In this document: in pieces, positions 1 through 23,676 of the stretch | How the letters are laid out: each line of letters begins with the position of its first letter | How positions within the stretch are numbered: the stretch's first letter is position 1 | Source of the DNA: Amoebidium appalachense | Lineage: Eukaryota; Protista; Ichthyosporea | Assembly (NCBI GenBank): GCA_963693365.1 | Contig: CAVNZM010000010.1 | Coordinates: forward strand, 5,643,794-5,707,793 | DNA length: 64,000 nucleotides | Reading direction: 5' to 3' | Notes under the pieces: model-generated | Database searches by the model: none | What the model was told of the DNA's origin: nothing | What the model saw: the letters and a program-made list of their open reading frames with translations, nothing else | Program-made: the position numbers and the translations under genes

Positions 1-297
1 GGTGTGGCAGAAACCCGGGCACACATAAGAAATAATGATAGATGCGAGAAACGGGGTGAAGAAAAATAAGAGGAGAAAAAGCGTATTGAAACATGCATGT
101 CTACAGGGAAGAGACCGAGGGGTGGTTGGGGTGGGTGGGTGGGTGGGTGGGTGGGTGGGTGGGTGGGTGGGTGGGTGGGTGGGTGGGTGGGTGGGTGGGT
201 GGGTGGGTGGGTGGGTGGGTGGCGGCGGCGGTGGCGCCTGTGTGTGTCTGTTGTGTGTCTAGAGTCTCTCTCGATCTCTCTCTCTCTCTGTGTGTGT

Positions 298-334
<37 letters not shown>

Positions 335-774
335 GGGAGGGTGGGGGGAGAGGGTAAAAGAATAAAAAGCAAACGTGATTGGCACACAGGCTAGTCTTTT
401 CTACCCCCACTTTCCATCCCATATCTGTAGGAGTCCCCCCGGCCCCCCCCCCCTCCCCCCCTCCCCCCCCCCCCCCCCCCCCGAAAAAAAAAATACCCCG
501 CTCCCCAAATTGGTTGCTCCTGCTCTCATGTGTTGCATGAATGAACTGCACATTTTTTTTCCTCCTTATTTGGTCTGTGTGCTTTGTGCCACGTCCCCCC
601 CCCCCTTCCCCCCTTTCCATTCCACCTCCCCCTCCTGCTTGGTGCAGGAGTGCTATCACCAATTATGGATAGTGGGTTGATGGGGAGGAAGAGGAGAAAA
701 GGAGAGAGGGACGGGAGCTGCCCAAGAGGCTTCAGGGGGGGGGGGAGGGGGGGGGGAGAGAGAGAGAGGGGTGC

Positions 775-805
<31 letters not shown>

Positions 806-990
806 AAGGGGGTATCCTGTTTTGGGGATAAAGTGGAGAAGTTGAAAAGGAGGCAAATAGGATTTTAAAGGGGTGGAGTGGGGGTGGGTGGGGTGGGGGG
901 GTGGGATTGGGGGGGGGGGGGGGGGGGAGGGGAGGGGGGGGGGGGAGAAAGGGGGAGGGAGGGTGGGTGGCGACAGATGGAAAAACTCAC

Positions 991-11309
<10,319 letters not shown>

Positions 11310-12662
11310 GGTGACACTACTATCACCTACTCTACGGTACTTTTTTAACACCTCAGTACGTGGCTTGCAGCTACTATTCGTCGGCTCTTGTTCTTATGCT
11401 TAGACGTTTGAATGCACGGTTATGATCAACCTATATGTCTCTCCGTTTTAGTGTTGCTGTGTGTGTGTGTGTGTGCCCTTGTGTGTCTGGGTGCCCATGT
11501 CTGTGACTGTGACAGACCCTGAATTTTATGTTTTCAAGGGTACGGACATGGACCCATGCAATAGATAACTATGTCGGTTGCCACTCTCAGATTGTAATGA
11601 ACCGATCTGCCTGATGTAATGAACCGATCTGCCTGCATGCGCAATCACAGAGAGCAGGCCTACATACTAGTAGGTATTGTATGTTGCATCTTCTTGATAC
11701 CTAAGGTCCAGCTGCTGATAAGTTATGCAGGTCATATGGCGGCTGCGCCATTTTTTTTTGTGTATCACTCTCACGGTAGCACGTAACATTTATGTGGAAA
11801 ACTGCACCAAAGGATTCCAGTGCCTAGAGGGCAACCCCATCTCACCAGTGTGATACAATAATTCACACCATGCACACCATATAACTTATTGAGTCGGCTT
11901 AAAAAAAGAAATAGGGATACGTGTGAATATGTGCCCAATTGTGCACCGAAAGGAAGAGGCTGCCCATTGGATGCTCTAGACACGTCATGCCGTTGGGCAA
12001 GTTTTATTGTCAGAACAGACTATAACAGAAAACACAAACGGGCCTTTAATTCTTTGCCACGGCACATACATCGTATGTGTAGCGAGGAAATTTGGTAGGT
12101 GGACCGGAGAGAACGTTCGAGTGGATTAAAACTCAACACATACTTCCGTCTTCCATCTTTGCTTGCAAATATTATGGAGACTGCTACTGTGATGCTTATC
12201 TTGTTAGCTTCTCTTTATATCCAAGCAACTCTACCTGTCGAGATGTGGCACAAGTAGCCGGTATGCAAAAGGCATATGCTCGATGTATCCACACGCTTAT
12301 TTCGTGAATGTGTGTACGTGAGCCTATAATACGTGCGCAGGACGTCTCTGTTGGTTCCAGGCCAACCAACATATATTTTATTTCTTCTCCAACATGTAAA
12401 AGACGAGTAGGCTTCCCGGTGTGAGCAGCTTGCAGAGTATGTCAATCAGCCACCTTCTTGGTGCATCGTTTCGTTGTGGGGGTTTCGGCTGGGTACGGTA
12501 CTAAGGTTGTGCAGAACCAAAGTGCAGTGTTCCTTGACGTCGATCTTTGTGCTTCCAAAGATCCACAGATGAAGCGTGATTCAACTTCTTTATCTCCACG
12601 AAAACCAATTTGTCTTGTTGTTGCTGTTCAGTTGGAAATACTTAGGATGCCATGCATACGTT

Positions 12663-12890
12663 CTAATATTTACAGCACTGGTAGTAGTTACACACGTTGT
12701 CATGGCCACATTTCCTGTTTGTATACACGCCCATATCGCATTCCTTGTGCACCTTGTTCCATTGGCCACAGTTGGCGAAAAATTCATCGCCCTGATCGAC
12801 GTCGTCCTCTTGGTGTGTTCTGGCGTCAACTGACGAGCATGCGCCGAGAAGTAGAACCGTGGCAAAGAAGGACAGAAGAGAGGCTCTCAT
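12663..12890 (-). CDS. Small secreted cysteine-rich protein (signal peptide, acidic segment, Cys-rich core); may be spliced to a second exon at ~12443-12623
   Basis: ORF MRASLLSFFATVLLLGACSSVDA-RTHQEDDVDQGDEFFANCGQWNKVHKECDMGVYTNRKCGHDNVCNYYQCCKY in unique sequence. Hydrophobic N-terminus with a VDA cleavage-like site, aaaATG context as in the histone and chitobiase genes, and TATAA ~80 nt upstream. Confidence 0.6.
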   Translation of the reverse strand: MRASLLSFFATVLLLGACSSVDARTHQEDDVDQGDEFFANCGQWNKVHKECDMGVYTNRKCGHDNVCNYYQCCKY

Positions 12891-14952
12891 TTTCCAGCAC
12901 GTTTCACGAAACCGCAGAGATAGGGTTGTGTTGTCCTATGTATTCTTGAGCGTGCGTCGGTTATGCTGTTATAAGGAAAAGCCAAACTGCACACACCTTC
13001 TTGTTGGCTTTTACGGCGGCTTCCTTTCTTTGTTGGCTAAACTTCAGCTTTTTAATGTTTCAGCTCAAACTTTGGCTTGGGCGAGCTCGAGGCAGGGCCA
13101 AACAAAATAAATAGAGCATGGCGATTACACGATCGCTATAACCTGCATTGATTGGCTTATTTTCCACATCCTCATTTTTGTTAACCCACGGCCCTTGGGC
13201 TGACGTAGTACCTGTTTTTTATGCCCTAGTGTAGCTCCTGGAAATAACAATAACTTATAATTACTATATATAATGAGTATGGCAAATAGATACTTGAATA
13301 TTGTGCCTCAGTCCAATATTGTAACATCTGAGAAAAGCAAATGAGCTGTGGTCATTTGACTGCCAAATTTGCCAATGACTGGGATTGCAAAGCATGCTAT
13401 GATTGGGTTATAGTCACAGTAGTATTAGAGGCTCTGATGACAAACTTCACAGTCTCCTAGAGCTGCAGTCTGATGTTTGGGTAATTTCATCGATTTTTCT
13501 GAATCTGCCAATCTAGATTCTATTCTGCAGAATCTGCACTGTAGCTTGGCGAGAAAACTACTATTCAATTTCAGGAAGGGATCATAAGATATATAATAAC
13601 AATTGTATGTATTTTTGAATTCGTTTTTATTGCTTTTAGTCTCTTAAGCCTCTAAAATATTTAAATACATAATGCAAATTTGTAAAGCTCTGTTTAAATG
13701 AGAGTGTAGGGGGTATAGAGGCAGGCTTGCCAAGTTTATCCCTCTGGCATCTTGCACGCAGCACAGGTTATTTTTTTATTTTTTTTGTAAACATTAGGCT
13801 ACCGTTTGCGTGTGACTTTCGGAAGTTGGGGAAAGAAAAATCTTGGCAATTAGTTCACGAAGTTTGAACAGTACAGTAGAGGGAGAAGTCTGCCTGAAAT
13901 AAAGCATGAGAAGTGGCTACGGCAGCTTTCTTCTCTGCCTTTGTTCTTTTGGGTTTCCAGTAACTGGGTCCGAGATCATATGTATTTAGCAGTGGTGACT
14001 ATACATACCTAATTAGGCCGGGCAGCCTGAGTGTGTGAGAGAGGGTGGGGAGCAGGAAGGGGGAAGGCAGGGAGTGGAGTAACGTGTGCACCCGCACGCG
14101 TATGTGCGCGTGGTGGCATGGCGAATCATTAAACTTCCACTCAAGAGTTTTCATAGTGGTCTGATTTACTTCCTGGCACGTTGCAAGTAAATGTAAAGCA
14201 ACTTGCAATTGCTTTCTCTGTACCGGTATTAATAGGCGGAGAACACACAAGATCGATGGCGTGTGTGCACATACTCATACAGTTGATATGTATACATATA
14301 AAATAGAACTTCATCACGTGTGGCTCGATAAGGACTACCACAAAAGGGTAGCAGAGACAGTGATCCCCGTGTTTTTGTCTTAACATACACAGCTTGACTA
14401 TATACGTATACGTGCAGACATGCTGTATTATTAAAGGCAGCCCGTCGCGTTGGGTCTCGCTTGGGACCAACTTGGGGAAGCTACGGGCTCCAGAAAAATT
14501 TTGATGTTGGGGTCAGGAGGTCGTGAGAGCCCAAAAAATTTATTGTTAACTTATTACGTTACGTATTGCCAGGGGAACGTGTGTTGAGAAGTATTAAAAA
14601 CGTTGCAATTGGGGGAAGGACTCAACGGGGTGGCAGAGAGAGCAATGGAGGAGAGAGAGAAACAGGCTAGAGGAAGAAAGAGTGAAAGAGAGAGGGAAGG
14701 GGGGGAGAGAGAGAGAGAGAGGGAGCAAGAGAGAGGTATACTGATACGCCTAGATCGAGAAAGAGAGAAAGCCTCGACAGACGTCATTCTGATACTTATG
14801 ATATATGTGCGTGTAGGTATGTGTGTGTGTGTGCGCGCGCGTGTTTGTGTGTATTGTGACCTTCAGAGGGAGGGAGAGAGTTCTAAGAGCGAGAGGAAGA
14901 GATCGAGAGAGAGATCGAGAAGAGAGACAGGGAGGGGGGGGGGGGGGGGGGG

Positions 14953-14998
<46 letters not shown>

Positions 14999-15145
14999 GG
15001 GAGAGAGAGAGAGAGAGAGCCTGGAAAGACTCTGAAAAGGGATCCGACAGCAAAGTCGTGACACGAAGACGAGGGCTCGAGAGCAACGGAGTCTTGGGAC
15101 TCTTGGGGGTACTACACTCCGAGAGGGCCCTCCAGAGAAAGGGGG

Positions 15146-15184
<39 letters not shown>

Positions 15185-15808
15185 GAAGGGGGGGGGGGGC
15201 ATGAGACACGGTACCGGTGTGTGTGTGTGCCACTATTAATGTTCAACCACAAATGCGTGTGGCAAATGTGGCGTTTCCAGCAAACAAACTTGTGCTTATC
15301 AACAGAGTAACTATGACATAGTGCAAATATGTATACCCGGCACAAGTGAGCGTGTGTGCACCAAGCAAGGCCACACGGACACTTCCTCTAACAAGCACAA
15401 GCCAAACATTTGGCACGCAATGACCTCAAGTGACATGCGCACACTGATGATCCACTTGCACTTGTCGCTCTCCGGTTTACTTTTGCACGCTTACAAAACA
15501 CACCAAAAAAGTAGCCCACACTTCTTCCACGCTTACTACTGCAACGGTTGACAAACGGCCCAGACACACTCACATATTTAATCTCCAGTTGCTTATGTCC
15601 AGTTACTGTAGTAGTACTGGCATGCTAAATCTTAGCTTGTTTCCCCATTGAAAGGAACGTTGCTGCTGAAAAGAAGTGGGAATGGGATAACATGAATACA
15701 GTATGGCAGGGATGCAAGGGGTGCACTAAATCCGGGTCACTGCGTGCGTACAACACTGGGTCGATTCTATAGAAGATATAGTGTGTGATAAAGCCTTTGG
15801 TGGTTGGT

Positions 15809-15824
15809 GGTGTTTAGAAACACC
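15809..15824 (-). promoter_or_regulatory. Histone mRNA 3' stem-loop of H2B
   Basis: Minus strand GGTGTT-TCTA-AACACC followed by ACCAA, ~45 nt after the H2B stop. Confidence 0.85.
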
Positions 15825-15868
15825 ATTTTCGCAGCTGCACACGAGGTGCAAGAACCAGCACACAGCGC

Positions 15869-16183
15869 TTACTTGTTGGACGTGTACTTGGTGACGGCCT
15901 TGGTGCCCTCAGACACGGCATGCTTGGCAAGCTCACCGGGAAGAAGCAGGCGCACGGCAGTCTGGATCTCGCGAGATGAAATGGTAGACTTCTTGTTGTA
16001 GAGAGCCAGCTTGGAAGCCTCGCCGGCTACGCCCTCGAAGACGTCATTAACAAACGAGTTCATAATGGACATTGCTTTGGATGAGATACCGGTGTCGGGG
16101 TGCACCTGCTTGAGCACCTTGTAGGTGTACACGCTGTAGCTCTCCTTGCGCTTCTTCTTCTTCTTCTTGTCGCCCTTTTTGGC
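15869..16183 (-). pseudogene. H2B: Histone H2B, 5'-truncated (no ATG or promoter; in-frame TGA at 16186-16184)
   Basis: [58 protein letters not shown]...[17 protein letters not shown] is a clear H2B fold. The N-terminal tail is missing and there are unusual substitutions (YTYK; FEGVA for FERIA). Confidence 0.85.
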
Positions 16184-16221
16184 TCAAGTCTCCTGAGAGC
16201 AACATTCCAGAAGAATAAAAT

Positions 16222-16237
16222 GGTGTTTTTCAACACC
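16222..16237 (+). promoter_or_regulatory. Orphan histone 3' stem-loop with no upstream plus-strand histone CDS
   Basis: GGTGTT-TTTC-AACACC-ACCCA followed by CATCACAAAAGAGTTATATC; hairpin identical to that of H4. Confidence 0.8.
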
Positions 16238-17509
16238 ACCCACATCACAAAAGAGTTATATCATATTTGTATGCTTCACTCAGCCCCTGCTTGCCTACAA
16301 GACTTTCCCATTCCATATGCTCTGACGCAGACCAGGTGATGATATCAGGCTGGGCCTTAGCTCGTAGGGTCGTTTCTTTTTCTGAAGCTCCATATGACTC
16401 CTTGTTTCATAGACAGTTTACTAAGTCTATCGCTATTGCCGGTGACTGCAGCATTCATTATAGTTCTCCTCCCCTCCCCCTCCCCCTGCCCTCCCCCCTC
16501 CCCCCCCCCCCCCCCCTCCCGTCCAACTTACAACAACACACACACACATACATACACACGCACACCACCATCATGTGACCACCATCGGTCCCTCCCGGAT
16601 CCCTCAACGTTCACATGTAGCAAGCGCTTCACAAGCGCTTCACCACACAAAAGCGCTATGATTAAAAGCTTTCATATCTAATAACCGAATGGATAGGCAC
16701 AGCACGCAGGGAAGACACAACTTGTGCACGAGCAGGCATAGGGCGCACGTGTACACTCAGACACGCATACGCACATACACCTGAGCAAGTGTGCAGGCAC
16801 ACACACGAGGACGTTAGCACTGCATGAAAATCCCCCTCTCCCCCCCCCACCTTCCCCCCGGGGGAAAAAACCGGGTTGCAATTGTAAGCACAATGACCTG
16901 ACGACCAGCAAAACAGCTGTTTTATGAGAGTGGGAGGGGAGGGGGGGAGGGAAAGGGGGAAGAGCAAAAGGCATGAGAATGTGCAGCTTTTTTAAAGGCG
17001 GCATTTTACGACATTTAGCCCCAGGTGCAAGATGAAAGGATTCGGAAAGAAAAACGGATGGACGAGGGGCATGGTTGGGCACCAGGGAGTGTTTGACTTA
17101 CAGAAGGACATTGCTTAACTGCAGGGGAGGGCAGCCCTGGAAGAGTGGGGGAAGAGGGGGGAGGCGGGGGGGGGGGGGGGGGGGGGGGGGGGGGAGGGGG
17201 GGGGGGGGGGGGGGGAAGGGGGGGGGGGAGGAGGGGGGAGGGGGGAGGGGGAGAAGGCAGTGTTGTAGTCATGTGATCACGAAATTGTCTTGCCATTATA
17301 TTAGACCTTCAAACCGGGGTATCATGTGTTTCTTTTTACTGGTATTAGAAGGGAATTGTGGCTCAACCTAACCGAAGCAACAGGTCCTTTATTTCAAATG
17401 ATTGGGGAACCGGGGAAGGAGAGATAATCAATGGCCTGGTAGGGGGGGAGGGGAGTCTGGGAAGAAACTAAGAGAGGACAGAGTATATGGGCAAACGTGG
17501 AGCTTAAGC

Positions 17510-17550
<41 letters not shown>

Positions 17551-17663
17551 CGACCAGGACCTGAGAAAGACTTGGTGAAACCAAAACAGAGGAAGAATAC
17601 ACGTAGCCCGAGAGACAGAGAATGAGCTAGAGAGCCTCAAAGGGAGAGAGAAAGGAAGAGAAT

Positions 17664-17694
<31 letters not shown>

Positions 17695-17712
17695 TGGGGA
17701 GTGTGTGTGCCG

Positions 17713-17750
<38 letters not shown>

Positions 17751-18379
17751 GTACCATGATGTGTCTGAGTATGTGAGAGGGAGAGTTAGAGCGAGCGAGA
17801 GGAAAATGGGGGAGAGAGGGAAGGAGGGAGACAAAGTGAGAAAGAAAGGCCCAGAGAGAGAGAGAGAGAGAGGTAGAAGGAGAGGGAAAGCAAGGAGAAA
17901 GGGGGGGGGGGGGGGGGGGGGGGGGGGGAAGGGGGGGGGGGGGGGGGAGGAGGGGGAGGGGAGAAGAGAGGGAGGGGAAGAGACTGAGGTAGGGGAAGAG
18001 AGAGAGCATCGGGAGAGGGAAGAAGAGAGAGTGTAGGATTGAGTGATGGGGATAGAGAAAGTATCGGGGAGAGAGAGAGGGAGAGCAAGACTCGGAGAGA
18101 GAGATAGGGGGGAGGGGAGCCGGGATAGGGGGGATGAGGGGGAGAGCAAGTGAAGGGGAGAGAGAGGGGGGGGTGGGGTGGGGGGGGGGGGGGGGTGGGA
18201 GAGAGACCGAAAGAGAGGTTTAATGGAGGGAACGGAGGACTCCGGGATAAGGGTGGGTGAGTAAGCCGGTGGGCTGGTGGGAGGGTGGAAGGGGGTCAGG
18301 TGGGGGGAAAGAGAGAGAGAGAAAGAAAGAGAGGCAGGGGAGAGAAGGTGAGAGAGGAGGGGGGAGGGGGGCAAGAGAA

Positions 18380-18448
<69 letters not shown>

Positions 18449-18568
18449 GAAAGCGCGCACAAGAGCGAGGGAGGGAGGAAGAAAGCGCACAAGAGAAAGA
18501 GAGAGAGAGCGAGTGAGTTAGAAGGGGGGGAGAGAGAGAGAGAGAGAGAGGGAAAGAGAGAGAGAGGG

Positions 18569-18604
<36 letters not shown>

Positions 18605-19033
18605 GAGAGTGTGTGTGTGTGTGTGTGTGTGCGTGTGTGTGTGTCGTGTGTGTCTGAATTGCGTACCTAAAGCGGGAGTAAGGTGGACATCCGAAGGGGG
18701 GGGGGGGGGGGGGGGGGGGGGAGGGGGGAGGGGAACAAATATTGGCTGTGCCGTGACCCAAAGATGTTGATAAAAGTTTGGATGGCAGTTCTGCGGTTGC
18801 GCGAGTTCTACGCACACTGAGCAGGGGCTGATGGCTACTCGGCACACCTTGAGCACTCTAACAAGGACAGGAACTTCAAGCAACAAGCAAGAGAGAAAAA
18901 AAGACAACAGACAAAAGAGAGGTAGAGTAGTAGTGAAAGCGAACGGGTAACAAAGTCGGTTTGCACATAACCCTGTAGTGTTATCTGGCAACCAGCACAA
19001 CCAACACAGTGATAAAAGTCTTTGAGAGGTGGT

Positions 19034-19049
19034 GGTGTTGAAAAACACC
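19034..19049 (-). promoter_or_regulatory. Histone mRNA 3' stem-loop of H4
   Basis: Minus strand GGTGTT-TTTC-AACACC-ACCAC, ~40 nt after the H4 stop. Confidence 0.88.
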
Positions 19050-19088
19050 AATGTCATTGGAAGAAGGCTGCAATTTAGCAGACAATAC

Positions 19089-19704
<616 letters not shown>

Positions 19705-20114
19705 ATGTCTGAAAAAGGTAAAGGAGGTAAAGGAAAAGCCGCAGGGGGCAAGAGCAAGTCTCGCTCCTCTCGCGCCGGGCTTCAGTTCCCTGTTGGCCGC
19801 GTGCACCGTCTTTTGCGCCGTGGCAACTACGCCGAACGTGTGGGTGCCGGTGCCCCCGTCTACGCTCGCAGCGTTCTCGAGTATTTGGCAGCTGAGATTC
19901 TCGAGTTGGCTGGAAACGCCGCGCGCGACAACAAGAAGACGCGTATTATCCCCCGCCATCTTCAGCTTGCTATTCGCAACGATGAAGAGTTGAACCGTCT
20001 GCTTGGTGGTGACTATTGCACAGGGTGGTGTTCTGCCAGACATTCGAATGCGCTGTGTTGCTGCCTAAAAAGACAGGGAAGGAGGGGACGGCAAAGAAGG
20101 CAGAGTCTGCTTAA
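19705..20114 (+). pseudogene. H2A: Histone H2A with frameshifts (pseudogene or assembly indels)
   Basis: [10 protein letters not shown]...[80 protein letters not shown]. The frame shifts at ~20010 ([10 protein letters not shown]) and again at ~20050 ([20 protein letters not shown]). A compensating +1/-1 pair at ~19864-19872 turns YLAA into YARS. Confidence 0.9.
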
Positions 20115-20162
20115 ATGCAAACGCGCGAGCTGTGTGTGCACGTGTGAGACGTGCCTGCTTTT

Positions 20163-20178
20163 GGTGTTTTTAAACACC
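20163..20178 (+). promoter_or_regulatory. Histone mRNA 3' stem-loop of H2A
   Basis: GGTGTT-TTTA-AACACC-ACCAC followed by TTTTCAGAGAGTTTTC, ~48 nt after the restored H2A stop. Confidence 0.88.
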
Positions 20179-20312
20179 ACCACTTTTCAGAGAGTTTTCT
20201 TCTCTGTGTGTTTTGCTGTGATGATATGAGCAGACGATTCAGTACGTGCATGCAGCAGGGCTGGGGCAAGGCTTGGCTGTATTCCGGGTGTGTTGTGTGT
20301 GCGTGTTTTTTT

Positions 20313-20363
<51 letters not shown>

Positions 20364-20497
20364 ACCAGATTTTCTTATTCTTACGGATAGACATCGTCAT
20401 CAATCATCCATCCTCTCCGGAACAAGTGCACCTGCACAAGGCAGTTCACAATGCCATCCCGTCATGATGAACATGGTAGGAAGAAACATAGTGTTGA

Positions 20498-20761
<264 letters not shown>

Positions 20762-21768
20762 TAATCGAAAATCCGGAGTCAACACCGCCATAAACAAGAT
20801 GCAAACGAGGCACTATTGATTACCTAGGTGGGTGAGGTCATTTGTTTGTCTTTGTTTATGCATTTTATATATTTACTAAAATAGTATTTATCATAGATTT
20901 ATCAATGATTTCAAGCTATAGTAATTTATTTATTTTGTGTGGGGGGGGCGGGGGGGGCACAGGCGGGGTCCAACTCCAGAGTTACCCCTTTCCATGTCGA
21001 ACCGAGTGTGCCTAATACGAGCTCTCAAGTTCTCCAGCGGCTTTGTTGCTAGATCCCCAGATAACACCCGCCCCCCCCCCCCCCCCCCCCCCGTTTCCCC
21101 TCCGGATCCTGCCCCGCGGCTGGGCCTGAACCGACAACTATTATCAGCTTGCACGCTCATTCAAATCGCTTGAGGCTCATAAACTTTATTCGCCTGAACA
21201 CGTGCACTGACCTTCTTTTGTGCCCACACTTTTTCAGCTAATGCGACAGAAACTTCATGCATAGACCTGCAGGACTAACCTCGTGCGCTTTTTCTCACTA
21301 GACTTTGAAATCATGGTTGCTACATGGTCTCTTTCACCAGTCCCTGCTTGTTACAACGAAGTCCTTCCCAATCGACATCATGATAAAGCCTTCGTCTCTC
21401 TTCTTTCAACACTAAAACGAAGCCTAGCCAACCCGCTTCGCCACTGCCCCCTGCCATGACGATAGCTATATATGGTATGATGCAGGATTAGCCAATGATA
21501 AACCAGACAAGTATATAAGCCAATAGGATTTGCTTTATAGTGTAAGCCAATACATAGGATTCATCCCGTCCCACCAAGAACCACCTCCGTAGGATCCGGA
21601 ACTCCTCCCTCTGGGACGAGATATACGAGTGACAGGTTCAGTTGAACGTTGTGTTAACTTGATATGTGGAAGTAATCACATATGAGCTACCTTACCCTCC
21701 CCCCCCCCCCCCCCCCCCCCCCCCCCACACACACACAAAAAAAAAAAAAAAAGAAAAGAAAAAAAAAA

Positions 21769-21809
<41 letters not shown>

Positions 21810-22215
21810 CTCCCGTCCCGTCCAGCTACATTTCACCCCCTGTGCTTCTACCCACTCAGTGCTGTCAGTTCAAGTGGAGGTATGGTGTGTGTGTTTTGAG
21901 GAGAAGGGATGTTTAACGGGTACATAAAGAAGGGGGGGGGAGGGGGGGGGAAGGGGGCTCTTGTTGCTGCTCTAGGACTTGCACTGGCACAGAACGTGAC
22001 TGTAAATTATTGATAGTATTACCAATAGTGCGCTATGAAGATCCCTGATTGAATTAATCGCCTGAGTGTGCCACCAGAGATGATGGATACCCACACAAGG
22101 AGGTGCCCGAGTCAGTGGCTGTATAAAGCCTAAAGCTATAGCCCTTAGGCTTGATTGGATCTCCGGGCTTCCTTGGGGCCCGGGGGGAGGGGCGGGGGGG
22201 GATCCGGAGAGGACT

Positions 22216-22247
<32 letters not shown>

Positions 22248-22756
22248 GGGGAGGGGGGAGGGGGGGGGGAGGGGGAGGGGGGAGGGGAGGGGAGGGGGGG
22301 AGGGGGGGAGGGGGCGGAGGCAGGGGGGAGGGAATAACAGGTAGCATAGTGACCGTCCTGTGGCAGTAGATTTTACGTTTTTTGGAATGACCTGATGCGG
22401 GCGCATGGCCTACGAAATTGGAGGGTGAGATTTAGCAAAAGGCTGCTCGTTCTTACACGTTTTCTTTAAAAAAAAAAAAAAAAAAAAAAAATTGTTTTTG
22501 AAAGTTTTGTCCCGGGGGGAGGGGGGGGGGGGGGGGGGGGGGGAGGTGGGATGGGGGTTGGCAAGGGGGTGGGAAAGAGGGAGGGGGGGGGGGGGGGGGA
22601 GGGGGGGGGACTTGGGGAGAGGGGGGGGGAGGGGGGGGGGGGGGGGGGTACAGGCGAGCGTGAATCCAAGGTGATGGTGGTGAAGCTTCCCACAGTACCG
22701 CTGTGTGTGCCGTTTTTTTTTTTTTTTTTTTTTTTTTTGGGGGGGGGGGGGGGGGG

Positions 22757-22791
<35 letters not shown>

Positions 22792-22845
22792 GGCGGCTCC
22801 GCTCCCGGCTCCCTCCCCCCAGGGTTCAAAGTCCACACTGCATAC

Positions 22846-23080
22846 AGCTGACAAACACACGCTACTCATTAGCTGACAAACACACGCTACTCATTAGCTG
22901 ACAAACACACGCTACTCATTTAGCTGACAAACCCTACTCATTAGCTGACAAACACACGCTACTTATTAGCTGACAAACACACGCTACTCATTACCTAACA
23001 AACACACGCTACTCATTAGCTAACAAACACACGCTACTCATTAGCTGACAAACACGCGCTACTCATTAGCTGACAAACAC
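22846..23080. repeat. Minisatellite, 25-bp unit AGCTGACAAACACACGCTACTCATT, ~9.5 copies
   Basis: Head-to-tail copies with few substitutions, one shortened unit and no spacers. Confidence 0.95.
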
Positions 23081-23098
23081 TAAACGTGCATGATAGAT

Positions 23099-23131
<33 letters not shown>

Positions 23132-23269
23132 GCCCCTCCACACACATACACACTCACACGGGAACCATATGAAAGACAGTGTACCCACTCACACACAAAC
23201 ACGTGCACAGCACCACATTCGCGCTCTGCACCACAACCATCACCAGACTAAGCAACACAACCTATTGAT

Positions 23270-23351
<82 letters not shown>

Positions 23352-23645
23352 ACGAATTTAAATTGAAACATGCAGGATCTAGCTTCGAGCGGGCACTAGC
23401 CACCAGTGATAATTTGGGATCAGCCTCCCTTTCTCTCTATCGCCAACTCAAGTTCTAATACTTGTTTGTGTCTAACTCGACCACGGCTGCAGCTGGCTCA
23501 ATGCCTGCAGTGGCGAAGAATGTCTTCAATCTATGAGATCTCGTTTTGTCTCATGATCCCAGGCCCTTGGTGGGTGAATATGTTATGGGAATGTTTTTTT
23601 TTTCCCCTTTCTTTCTTTCTTTCTTTTTTTTTTTTTTTTTTTGGG

Positions 23646-23676
<31 letters not shown>

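Noticed and set aside
12607-12617. AATTTGTCTTG as a possible U7-type Sm site
   Set aside because: There is no upstream complement to the HDE-like element and no downstream hairpin.
12458-12949. 163-aa plus-strand ORF
   Set aside because: GTG start, no recognisable features, and antisense to the better-supported secreted peptide gene.
16338-16385. C/D-box snoRNA candidate (GTGATGA ... CTGA)
   Set aside because: Only ~48 nt, no terminal stem, and the rRNA complementarity I could see is gapped and weak.
22846-23080. CRISPR-like array
   Set aside because: Units are contiguous with no unique spacers, there are no cas genes, and the context is eukaryotic.
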